Positions 1-8,403 of a DNA stretch of 64,000 bases are shown here, in pieces. The position numbers and the translations under genes were made by a program. The stretch comes from an uncultured bacterium. GTDB taxonomy: Bacteria; Babelota; Babeliae; Babelales; Babelaceae. Location: assembly GCA_963848965.1 (NCBI GenBank), contig CAWKFG010000002.1, forward strand, positions 1,191-65,190. Direction: 5' to 3'. Positions within the stretch are counted from its first letter, which is position 1. Every line of letters begins with the position of its first letter. The notes below the pieces were generated by a model. The model was not told the DNA's origin. It was given only the letters and a program-made list of their open reading frames with translations, and searched no databases.

Positions 1-167
1 TTGAGCTTCTTCTTAAATATGGGGCCCATCCGAACATTAAGGACGCACAAGGTAGATGCCTATGGGAGGATCCTACATTACTAGAATACTGTTGCTTCGA
101 AACTACTGAACTTATTCGTAACAAAGCAGAAGAACTTAAACAAAATAAAAGCAATACAGCATCATAA
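1..167 (+). CDS. ankyrin-repeat protein, C-terminal fragment (5' part lies outside the window)
   Basis: Frame 3 is open from the window edge to TAA at 165-167. It reads ELLLKYGAHPNIKDAQGRCLWEDP..., which matches the ankyrin LLxxGAxxNxxDxxG consensus. Confidence 0.5.
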   Translation, partial: ELLLKYGAHPNIKDAQGRCLWEDPTLLEYCCFETTELIRNKAEELKQNKSNTAS

Positions 168-429
168 TCAAGAACCATAAGAAAACAATAGAGAGTATGT
201 GCGATTTCGCAGCGCAACTTCGAAGTAGCACACTTTTGACTTTAGTCTTCTATTTTAGGTCCTTACAAGAATTACACACGATAATAAGTAAATACTGCGG
301 TAATATTAGCAATATCAGCCGAAGGGTCGTAGATATTTAATGTAAAATCCAACTCTGGATTTTACAAGAGAAAACTAGTAATTACTTCTAGAGGATAGAG
401 CAAACATTTTTAACAGATGAGGACTTACT

Positions 430-1422
430 GTGAATAACTCTATATTAAAGATTAATTGGGAACGATCACATGCTTATACAAAGTTTCCTCTTCGCTTGCT
501 TTCTACTGTGATTTTACCCTATACAAAAGAGACTATAAAAGAAATATCGCTTTTGTCTAACGGATGTGGTAACACGAACTATAAGGTAACCTTAACCTCT
601 GGTATGATGTTACTTCTAAGAATTTATGTTCGAGATCGAGATGCGCTACAAAGAGAAAGAAATCTTTATACACTCTTACAGGGTAGAATTCCAGTTCCTA
701 AAATGCTTTATATCGATGACAGTTTTAAATTAATAAACTATCCAGTAGCTATAATCGAATGGATCGATGGTATGCTTATGAGAGAAGCGATTATTTCAAA
801 TACTAAGCTAGCAATTTCTCAAACTGCTTATGAAGCCGGTATAATAATAGCTATTTTAAGGCAAATTAAGTTTAAGCGAGGCGGTTTTTTTAAAACAGAT
901 CTAAAAATTCAACCATTTAGTGACGAAGAGAGCTATTTACCGCTAGTTATGAAATTTCTTGAAGATAAAGGTATCAAAAGCTCTTTAGGGTTAGAATTGA
1001 CGCAATCGATAAAAAAGCTTATAGACCAAAATCTTTCATTAATACCTAATAAAGCTGAGGTAAATCTAACCCATGGGGATTTTGATCCTTCAAATATTAT
1101 CGTTAACCTTCAAGGTGGTCAATGGAAGGTTGCAGGTGTACTTGATTGGGAATTCGCACATGCCGGTACATATTCTTCTGATATAGGAACTTTTATTCGT
1201 TATAGTCACAAATGCCCCGACTCTTACGAAGTTAAATTCATTGAAGGTATTCAATCTACTGAAACTGTGCTACCGGCATCGTGGAAAAAAAGTGCAAAGC
1301 TCATGGATTTGCTTAACCTTTTGCAACTGCTTTATACAAACAATGAACAGAAAAGACCTTTTCTAATGAGCGATGTGACTTCGTTAATTAATCACACTGT
1401 AACATCATGGGATACATTTTAG
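430..1422 (+). CDS. APH/choline-kinase-type phosphotransferase family protein
   Basis: 330-aa ORF with a GTG start. It has the catalytic loop LTHGDFDPSNIIV (HxDxxxxN) and the DWEFA metal-binding motif typical of aminoglycoside-phosphotransferase-like kinases. Confidence 0.7.
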   Translation: MNNSILKINWERSHAYTKFPLRLLSTVILPYTKETIKEISLLSNGCGNTNYKVTLTSGMMLLLRIYVRDRDALQRERNLYTLLQGRIPVPKMLYIDDSFKLINYPVAIIEWIDGMLMREAIISNTKLAISQTAYEAGIIIAILRQIKFKRGGFFKTDLKIQPFSDEESYLPLVMKFLEDKGIKSSLGLELTQSIKKLIDQNLSLIPNKAEVNLTHGDFDPSNIIVNLQGGQWKVAGVLDWEFAHAGTYSSDIGTFIRYSHKCPDSYEVKFIEGIQSTETVLPASWKKSAKLMDLLNLLQLLYTNNEQKRPFLMSDVTSLINHTVTSWDTF

Positions 1423-1481
1423 GCCAAAGAGCTTAGTACTTTTATGAGATTGTGTTCTACTGGGTCTGCAAATCATTTTCG

Positions 1482-1923
1482 TTATTTTGAGAAAACAGTT
1501 GTCCAAGAAAGAATGATAACCGCCAATGTCATAGTCTCCATAACTACATGTTGAGCGTCGGGTATTACAACATGATCTTTGATGGGCGGCAAAAAGCTAT
1601 AATTTTTTGCGTAATGTTCTTGAAATAGTCCTTTACTAACCTCATTCTTAAAGATTCCAAATAGGTAAGGAACCCACCAATTATTGATTTCTAGCAATAA
1701 GAGAATACTAAACCAAATCGCACCGCAAACCATTAACCAGCGAATCGCCAAAAGCTGAGGCGGTAAATAATACCCCCATGCTTCCATGCCAGAGGCTGCT
1801 TATTAATCGTGACTTTATAGAATCATGAGTGATATTCTCATTCCAGCCGGGAATGTAAATCCAATCCATAGCAACGATATAAATGCAGAGAACCGAAATA
1901 GCAACTGCACATAATAGTGTCAT
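1482..1923 (-). pseudogene. small multi-pass membrane protein gene, apparently frameshifted
   Basis: Two overlapping hydrophobic ORFs (1708..1923 and 1482..1787) lie in different frames. They join into one ~150-aa membrane protein if one frame shift is allowed near 1790. This is either a real frameshift or a sequencing error. Confidence 0.35.
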
Positions 1924-2306
1924 TTTAAACCCTTCTCTTTTTGAGTTCTTTCTTTATGGGCTTGTTGCTCTTGTGATAACGGCGAAGAAGATAAGAGCAA
2001 TACAGCATTACGGGAACCTTCACCAAAAGAGAATTTGTTTAAGTCTAGTGTCATACTATGTAAAGATGGCCCGGTAAAAAGATATAGATCTTCTCTTAAG
2101 GAATTGCTAGGGGTAGAACCGTCTGTATTACCAACTTCCGTTGGAGCTGTAGCATAGCTCAAGATTTCGCAAAAAGCTGCAGTAAGAATCTCAGATGGAC
2201 CTAAAAGCATTTCATCGCTACTTTTTGAGTTGTTTTGTTCCTTTTCCATTGTGTAAATAGAGAAGTTTACCATCGTAAGGCTTATAAGCAAAGTTATTTT
2301 AAGCAT
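1920..2306 (-). CDS. hypothetical secreted protein
   Basis: 128-aa ORF with a hydrophobic N-terminus (MLKITLLISLTMVNFSIY). Its TGA overlaps the ATG of the downstream ORF (ATGA at 1920-1923), suggesting translational coupling. No recognisable domain. Confidence 0.3.
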   Translation of the reverse strand: MLKITLLISLTMVNFSIYTMEKEQNNSKSSDEMLLGPSEILTAAFCEILSYATAPTEVGNTDGSTPSNSLREDLYLFTGPSLHSMTLDLNKFSFGEGSRNAVLLLSSSPLSQEQQAHKERTQKEKGLK

Positions 2307-2527
2307 TTTGCATCATTCAAGTCTTTAAGAAGACTTTTCATTTTTTTTAAACTCTAGAGTTTTACCTTCATTTTGAGTATAAGATATCTTCTAATTTCAT
2401 ACTTTCTTTCAAGAAATGACGAATTTACTTAGAGATTAACTTGGAAGTACTTAGAAGTCAAAATAGTTCGAAGTTGAAGATTAGGTCTACCATCGCTATA
2501 CGCTACTCTTAAACAACTCGGAATTTA

Positions 2528-2569
2528 ACACAGAAGTGATTTAGCCCCCTAGTACTTCTGTGTTTTTTT
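2528..2569 (+). terminator. orphan terminator-like hairpin with a T-run
   Basis: ACACAGAAGT (2528-2537) pairs with ACTTCTGTGT (2553-2562), followed by TTTTTTT. No annotated plus-strand gene lies upstream of it. Confidence 0.3.
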
Positions 2570-2846
2570 CCATGCTCAGTTCCTTATATAAAGGATCGTA
2601 TAGAATTATTTTTCCACTCTTGAAGAAAAATATCTACTAAACGCTTCGTAGTCAAAATCTGGACATAATAGCATTCACGTTACTTAAAAAAGCAATTAAA
2701 TACTAGATTCATCTATAATGCGTTTTATAATACTAAGGCGGCAGTTTTAACAAAAGCAAAGTTCAGCAAAAAGTTACATTTAGTTGCAAAATACAACTAA
2801 ATGGAGTATAGTAGATATAAGTTATCTCTTAATTAAAGGATCTACC

Positions 2847-3077
2847 ATGTCATCAGTAAAACTATCTGAAACTATTATTACTGAAGCAAAAATTATATCT
2901 AAAGCACTTAACCGCTCAGTCGCTGGGCAAATTGAACATTGGGCAAAAATAGGAAAAATCGCTGAAGAAAATCCAGATTTAACCTATCAATTCATTAAAG
3001 ATATCCTTATAGCCCAGCAAGAAATTCAAGCTAACAAGCTAACACCATATGTTCTGGGTAAGAAAAAACAAGATTAG
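2847..3077 (+). CDS. ParD-like type II antitoxin
   Basis: ATG at 2847 follows AAAGGA (2835-2840). The sequence ...ALNRSVAGQIEHWAKIGKIAEENP... carries the RS(I/V)AGQIEHWA signature of ParD_like antitoxins, and the gene sits directly upstream of a RelE/ParE toxin. Confidence 0.6.
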   Translation: MSSVKLSETIITEAKIISKALNRSVAGQIEHWAKIGKIAEENPDLTYQFIKDILIAQQEIQANKLTPYVLGKKKQD

Positions 3078-3101
3078 CTAACTTGCCTTTAAAGGAAAGT
3101 A

Positions 3102-3374
3102 ATGGAGATCTTACAAACAAGAACTTTTGCTAACCAGGTCAAAAAACTACACACAAACCAAAAGAACGATTTAGATGAAGCCATTAGAAAGGTTATCGAC
3201 AATCCTTTTATAGGTACACCTAAAAAGGGAGATTTAAGCGGTGTTAACGTTTATAAGTTTAAAATGGTTAAGCAATTAACATTACTAGCTTATGAATATG
3301 ATAGCAATAATGATCAATTACATTTACTAGCGCTAGGTTCCCATGAAAATTTTTATCGTGATCTGAAAAGCTAG
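3102..3374 (+). CDS. RelE/ParE-family type II toxin
   Basis: 90 aa. Size, position after the antitoxin, and the motifs F..QVKKL....K..L..AI..V..NP..G..KKGDL.GV.VYKF fit the RelE/ParE fold family. Confidence 0.7.
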   Translation: MEILQTRTFANQVKKLHTNQKNDLDEAIRKVIDNPFIGTPKKGDLSGVNVYKFKMVKQLTLLAYEYDSNNDQLHLLALGSHENFYRDLKS

Positions 3375-3389
3375 CTCAATCCTGTAGAC

Positions 3390-3458
3390 AAAAATCCTAC
3401 TATAAGGACTTTGGCAAAGATAATGTCTGCTGACGGTAACATGCAAACTAAAAAGTAA
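3390..3458 (+). pseudogene. 3' fragment of addiction-module antidote gene (copy of the 8618-8686 end)
   Basis: Reads KNPTIRTLAKIMSADGNMQTKK*, versus KNPTIRTLAKIMSADGNTQAKK* at the end of the intact gene 8342..8686. There is no upstream coding part here. Confidence 0.7.
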
Positions 3459-3565
3459 CTCCCAATGCTCTATTATAGGATGGATGAGACAGATTTAGCA
3501 ATATTCATGCTCTACAAACTACCTGTAGCATTTAATGTTCTAGGGATTTTTATTGAGGTCAAATT

Positions 3566-3589
3566 CTGCAGACAGCGTCTGCAGTTTTT
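3566..3589 (+). terminator. rho-independent terminator hairpin
   Basis: CTGCAGAC-AGC-GTCTGCAG followed by TTTTT. The sequence is identical to the hairpin at 8792..8815. Confidence 0.6.
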
Positions 3590-3629
3590 CCCTTGGCATT
3601 CAAATAGTTATAGTACATTTTAATAATTT

Positions 3630-3653
3630 CTGCCACCACCGGTGGCAGTTTTT
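3630..3653 (+). terminator. second terminator-like hairpin, present only in copy A
   Basis: CTGCCACC-ACC-GGTGGCAG followed by TTTTT. It has the same 8-bp stem, 3-nt loop and T5 architecture as 3566..3589, but with a different stem sequence. Confidence 0.5.
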
Positions 3654-3689
3654 CCTTATCCTTTAGATGTAATGCATCCCCAGCAAAAA

Positions 3690-3932
3690 TTACCATAATC
3701 GTTTCTTTGCAAATGCTCTACCTGAGCCAGACTTTAAATATTTTTCAAAGCTAATTGCAGTAGCTCTTTCTTTAAAAGCAATACAAGTTATCAATTCCCA
3801 AGGCCTGAATGATGAAGTATGCACTGAACCACCAGAATTGTGCGTTTGCAATCGCTCATTAATATTATCTGTGTAGCCTATGTATGTTTGATCTGGATTA
3901 TTTATTGATTTGATAAGGTATACGTAATACAT
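3690..3932 (-). CDS. GIY-YIG (URI-domain, YhbQ/COG2827-like) nuclease family protein, copy A
   Basis: 80 aa beginning MYYVYLIKS...YIGYT.N...R...HN. These are the GIY...YIG motifs followed by the conserved R and the H/N of the URI domain. Confidence 0.85.
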   Translation of the reverse strand: MYYVYLIKSINNPDQTYIGYTDNINERLQTHNSGGSVHTSSFRPWELITCIAFKERATAISFEKYLKSGSGRAFAKKRLW

Positions 3933-3955
3933 AATTGATTGATACTCTAGGGACA

Positions 3956-3998
3956 GTCCTCCTTCGCCTTATGACTTCGGTGGACAACCTTCGCTTGG
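3956..3998 (+). repeat. CCTTCGC/CTTCGG-rich short element, copy E1
   Basis: gtcctccttcgccttatgacttcggtggacaaccttcgcttgg. It is related to 9128..9173 and, in the opposite orientation, to 40921..40967. Confidence 0.6.
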
Positions 3999-4137
3999 GT
4001 TATCAATACCATTCCCTATCTTAAACCAATCCTTTACAGAAAATGGCCTGCCAACCGTAGCTTTAGCGAAGATTGGCGTTACTTAGTTGATATGTTTAGG
4101 GATAAGCAGGTGAGATTTGAAATGAGTTTAGATAAGT

Positions 4138-4451
4138 TTACCACAATTTTCTAAGACCCAATAATGGCCTTATAAGATCGTAGAGAGAATTCTTATATTT
4201 AAGAGTTATACCTAGCAAAATAGCCACAATACCGCAGTATATACCATATTTCAAATACTTATGCTTCTTTTCTTTTTTAATAAGATCTTCATATAATCTT
4301 TTAAATTGCTCGTGGTCTGGTTGGTATAAATTTAAGTCAATAGATGGTACTATGCCATCTATCAAATCATATCTTTTAAGAATAGCTTGAATAACACTTT
4401 TTTCTTCAAGACTTTTCATCGTATTTATGTGAATACTGCCATTTTTACTAA
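4138..4451 (-). pseudogene. C-terminal part of an alpha/beta-hydrolase-like gene split by the IS
   Basis: Removing 4452..5383 (the IS plus one TAA) joins this frame to 5384..6053 in frame: ...DNVYLI-SKNGSIHINTMKSLEEK... The part ends in a predicted TM helix (YGIYCGIVAILLGITL). Confidence 0.7.
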
Positions 4452-5380
4452 GAGCCTATCTCTAAAATGGAAAAAAGGTTGAAAATATAATAAAATCTCC
4501 TTCTAAAGAATCGCGATCAACGATCAAGAAGGAGATTTACACATGTGTCATACAAAAAATTGTTATGAAGTATGCATAAACAAGAAGTTTCTTATAACTC
4601 CAAATTTATGGAAAGATATAGAAAAAATAATACCAAAAATAAGCGAAAAATCAAAGCGGGGAAGACCCTCAATGGATATGAAAAGAGCAATAAATGGTAT
4701 CTATTATCTGTTAAGGACAGGTATACAATGGAATGCATTGCCTAGATGCTTTGGATCGTACTCTGCTGTCCATAAACTGTTTCAAAAATTAAGGTCTGTC
4801 GAGTTCTTTAAATATTTATGGTATGCTGAACTTGACCAATATGATAAAATTCACGGACTTAGTCTAGAAACTCAAGCTGCTGATTGTGTTTATATTAAAG
4901 CGCCCTTGGGTTCAGAGAAAACAGGCAAGAGCCCAGTAGATAGGAGAAAATTAGGAACAAAACGAAGCATATTAACTGATAAAAACGGTATAGTTATCGG
5001 TTGTGCGTTAGGTAGCGCTAATCAGCACGATTCTCAGCTATTTTTGGATACCTTATTATCCATTCCTAAGCATATATCCATGCCTTATAGCAAAATTATA
5101 AGTTTAGATGCAGCTTATGATTCAGCGCAAATAAGAGCCTACTTGCTGCATTACAGCTATGTACCTAAAATAATGAAAAATAAAAGAAAAGCTAAAAATA
5201 AAGTTTATGGTGTACCAGAAGGTTATCAACGCTGGTTCATTGAACCTACGCATTCATGGCTCAATCGGTTTAGGCGCTTGTTTGTTCGTTATGAAAAATA
5301 CGCTTTAAACTATATGGCTATGGTTTATTTTGCCGTAGCTATCATTATTTTTAACAAATTATGAATTTACGGATAGGCTC
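4452..5380 (+). mobile_element. IS5-family insertion sequence (IS427/ISL2-like), 929 bp
   Basis: Imperfect terminal inverted repeats: GAGCCTATCTCTAAAAT (4452-) and the reverse complement of 5364-5380, GAGCCTATCCGTAAATT (14 of 17 match). TAA direct repeats flank it (4449-4451 and 5381-5383). It holds a single transposase ORF. Confidence 0.85.
4543..5364 (+). CDS. IS5-family DDE transposase
   Basis: 273 aa. The N-terminal RGRPSMDMKRAINGIYYLLRTGIQWNALP matches the DUF4096/IS5 N-domain. DDE-region motifs are DAAYDS and ...RWFIEPTHSWLNRFRRLFVRYEK. The stop codon lies inside the right inverted repeat. Confidence 0.9.
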   Translation: MCHTKNCYEVCINKKFLITPNLWKDIEKIIPKISEKSKRGRPSMDMKRAINGIYYLLRTGIQWNALPRCFGSYSAVHKLFQKLRSVEFFKYLWYAELDQYDKIHGLSLETQAADCVYIKAPLGSEKTGKSPVDRRKLGTKRSILTDKNGIVIGCALGSANQHDSQLFLDTLLSIPKHISMPYSKIISLDAAYDSAQIRAYLLHYSYVPKIMKNKRKAKNKVYGVPEGYQRWFIEPTHSWLNRFRRLFVRYEKYALNYMAMVYFAVAIIIFNKL

Positions 5381-6053
5381 TAATTAAATAAACATTATCA
5401 TTGCCACACGCTCTTAGTCTATAATAGAGTGCACAAGCGTCGTTATATGATAACTGATAATCCTGCTTTGAATGAATAATAATGACAGGAACAGTAGTAG
5501 GAATAGAATCAATTGAAAAAATAGGTTGTATACCACCTGGGCTGTACCAGGGAAAGACTATCTTAGCACAATAAGGCAACCAATAGTATGCAAATGGCAA
5601 TTTTGTTACTTTTTTTAAGTTCATTAAAGGACCGCTTACAGTGTGATATATTGCACTATTTCCACTTACTAAAGCTGATTCTAGAATGAGGGCTTGTATC
5701 TGTCTCCCTTGATCTTCAACAAGGTAATTTAATGCTGTTGCTGTTCCTTGAGACGTTGCATGAATAATAAACTTTTTGTCCTTGTTCATTAAACAAGCCT
5801 CTCTAAGAAAATTAATACATTTCCGTTGGCCTAAATCAGGGTAATTTTCTGGTGTTGATACTGGGGTAATTGTAGCCTGATTATCCCCCAGAAGGCCCTT
5901 GATATAATCAGGATTTCCTCCTAGCCCATTTTGCCCAGGAATACTGTAGATATGTAATATGACATTGTTTTGACATATAGCATTAAGCACTACGTTAAAT
6001 ATAAAAACGTGTACCAATGCTATTTTTTTCATAGTATTTAATGTATTCTTCAT
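5367..6053 (-). pseudogene. N-terminal part of a secreted alpha/beta-hydrolase-like gene truncated by the IS
   Basis: Signal peptide, nucleophile-elbow-like HATSQG, and a later IIIHSKQDY. The last four codons (RAYP*) are encoded by the IS right end, so the reading frame runs into the element. Confidence 0.7.
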
Positions 6054-6425
6054 ATCTTGATAATAAATAATTTATAATTTTAATCAAATGGTCCTAAAGG
6101 AAAACTCTTTGCAAACGTACCTATTAACAAAACTAGTATAGACTATTTGTAGTATCCCAAGTAATGGAACGATAGGTTGATAAGACGTAACGTCACTTTG
6201 TTAATATATTTAGAAAAGCAAGTTGAGTGTAAAGCCGACCTCAATAGTATTGAAGCTCGATTTGTATTTTCTTATAAATAAACGAGTACTACCATAACAG
6301 ATATAATACAGCTTTCTAATTTTCATTTTAACTAAAACAAAGAATGATTATTTAACAGCCAAGGGATAGGTAGTTTTGAGCGTATTTCCATATCTAATAA
6401 TGCCCTATCTATAGTTATTACTGTT

Positions 6426-7370
6426 TTATAGAAAGTTCCTTTCTTGAAGCCATTGAGCAATTTCAGCCAGAATATTATCTATATGATTTTTGTTTTGTTG
6501 ATCATTAAAGTTATGATCATATCCTGTATAACGCCGATATGTTAAGTTAGTTTTACCTTTGTTTTCAAAATATTGTTGCAATTTATCAGCACTTTCAACT
6601 GGACAATTAACATCTCTTGTTCCGTGAGCTAGAAAGATAGGAAGATTCACTCTTTCTAGGTATTTCCAAGGCATGACTTCTGCAATATCTGCCCACCATT
6701 TAAGCGTGTTAGTACTACCATAAGCAGTTAATGTGCTTTTTGGAAAACAGTAGGCAAGAAGCATAATAGCATGAAAATAAAGACGGTTCGAATACTTACT
6801 TAGCGATGATTCTTTGCCTATAAGGGTTAACATTTCATCTTTTAAAGTCATCCCACAACCTCCTGATAGTATTACTATCGCTTGCGATTCTGGAATAAGA
6901 GCACCTAAAAGGCTAGCAAGCATTCCTCCTTCAGAAAAACCTATAAAAATAATACGCCGATCCCAGTAAGATTCAACCTTTCTTAATTGTTCAATAACTA
7001 ATTTATAATCTTGTATGCGCTGTGTAAGTGTGTTACATGCATAGTATTCATCTATGTTTATATTATTTAAACTATGGATTCCAGGTTTCTCTACTAACAA
7101 AAATCCAGCTTTCAGTTTATCGATAAATAACTCTTTACCTAAAAACCAATCGTAATACTGAAAGCAGCTTGCCGCTTCAGAACCTTGTAGCATTGCTATT
7201 ATAGGGAAACACTCATCGCTAGATGGTCTTTTAAAATAATAGGTTAAACTAGAACCGTCAGCACGCTGTATGTTAAATTCTGTAGGCAAATCGTTTGCTA
7301 GTAAAGAAATAGAGCTCATAAGCAATAAAATAAACGATAGCATAAGCTTTACGATTCCTTCTGATTTCAA
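6426..7370 (-). CDS. secreted alpha/beta hydrolase (dienelactone hydrolase / S9-like)
   Basis: 314 aa with a signal peptide, GFSEG nucleophile elbow, HGTRDVNCP (acid) and GYDHNF (His). Confidence 0.7.
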   Translation of the reverse strand: MKSEGIVKLMLSFILLLMSSISLLANDLPTEFNIQRADGSSLTYYFKRPSSDECFPIIAMLQGSEAASCFQYYDWFLGKELFIDKLKAGFLLVEKPGIHSLNNINIDEYYACNTLTQRIQDYKLVIEQLRKVESYWDRRIIFIGFSEGGMLASLLGALIPESQAIVILSGGCGMTLKDEMLTLIGKESSLSKYSNRLYFHAIMLLAYCFPKSTLTAYGSTNTLKWWADIAEVMPWKYLERVNLPIFLAHGTRDVNCPVESADKLQQYFENKGKTNLTYRRYTGYDHNFNDQQNKNHIDNILAEIAQWLQERNFL

Positions 7371-7513
7371 GCAGCTTAATCAAGATATTTTTAAAAGTTT
7401 AACAGAAAAGAGATATCAGTGAAAAAGGTTAAAAAAACCTTAAATTTTCTTGTAAGAATGTAACAAAATATGTATACTTATTTGTATACAAAATCCAAAT
7501 AAGAGAGGCTTTT

Positions 7514-7762
7514 ATGTCAAAAATGGTAAGATTATCCCACAATGCAGCTGAAAACCTTGAAAACATATCAAATCTAACAGGTAAGTCTAAACAATCCATT
7601 ATTGAAAAAGCTCTTAATAAATTATATAGAGAAGAATTCTTAAAAAAAACAAATGAAGAATTCGAAATCTTAATGGCTGACCCTCAACTATGGGAAGAAG
7701 AATTAAAAGAGCGTGAATTATGGGATGCCACATTAAATGATGGGTTAGAACCCTATGAATGA
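7514..7762 (+). CDS. ribbon-helix-helix (CopG/MazE-like) antitoxin
   Basis: 82 aa. The N-terminal VRLS...ENLENISNLTGKSKQSIIEKAL is an RHH pattern. It overlaps the downstream PemK/MazF gene by 8 nt. Confidence 0.65.
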   Translation: MSKMVRLSHNAAENLENISNLTGKSKQSIIEKALNKLYREEFLKKTNEEFEILMADPQLWEEELKERELWDATLNDGLEPYE

Positions 7763-8105
7763 TAAAATAATAGTACGGGGAGATGTGTGGCTTGTAGATT
7801 TAGATCCTACAGTAGGCCATGAGCAGGCAAAAAAAAGACCGTGTGTCGTTATTTCTGCAGATTTATTTAATAAAGGCAAGCACGGGTTAGCTGCAATAAT
7901 GCCCTTAACATCAAAATATAAGCCTTTATCTTGGTTGGTAAAAATTGAACCACCTGAAGGTGGTTTAAAAGTACTATCTTACGCTATAGGCTATCAAATA
8001 AGAGTAGTTTCAGTTGATAGGTTCCTTGGTAAAAGCCTTGGGCGTTTACAACCTAGAACTATGCAAGAAATTGAGCAAAAGCTCCGTATTTTATTAGCTC
8101 TTTAA
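7755..8105 (+). CDS. PemK/MazF-family type II toxin (mRNA interferase)
   Basis: 116 aa. GDVWLVDLDPTVGHEQAKKRPCVVIS is the hallmark N-terminal MazF/PemK motif. Confidence 0.85.
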   Translation: MNDKIIVRGDVWLVDLDPTVGHEQAKKRPCVVISADLFNKGKHGLAAIMPLTSKYKPLSWLVKIEPPEGGLKVLSYAIGYQIRVVSVDRFLGKSLGRLQPRTMQEIEQKLRILLAL

Positions 8106-8115
8106 AAAAAGTATT

Positions 8116-8403
8116 ATGAGTTACATAAAACGCTAGAATACGAGTCGGTTAAGCGATCAAATTAAAAAAGAAAAAGCCCAAATTGCAGAGCGTCTGTCAA
8201 AAATAGAAACTGACGGTTATTTTGGTGACCATAAAGATGTTGCTGAGTATATTTGGGAGCTAAGATGGAAAAATGGTCGAAGGCTTTATTATGCATATTT
8301 AGCTGACTTAGGAATATTACTTTTACTTGGGGGCAATAAAAATGGCCAAAGCAAAGACATCACCAAAGCAGAAAAAATCTTCAGAAAACATACAGAGCGT
8401 TAA
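8116..8403 (+). pseudogene. addiction-module killer (RelE/HigB-like) toxin with a premature stop
   Basis: The frame from ATG 8116 reads MSYIKR*NTSRLSDQIKKEKAQIAERLSKIETDGYFGDHKDVAEYIWELRWKNGRRLYYAY...LLLLGGNKNGQSKDI...*. There is an in-frame TAG at 8134-8136 and no ATG downstream of it. Confidence 0.6.

Larger units (their letters stand above)
3390..4137. repeat. GIY-YIG cassette, copy A (duplicate of 8618..9312)
   Basis: Alignable by eye to 8618..9312. It holds the last 69 nt of an antidote gene, a terminator hairpin, the GIY-YIG ORF and a ~200-nt upstream leader. Copy A has an extra 64 nt (3590-3653). Confidence 0.8.
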
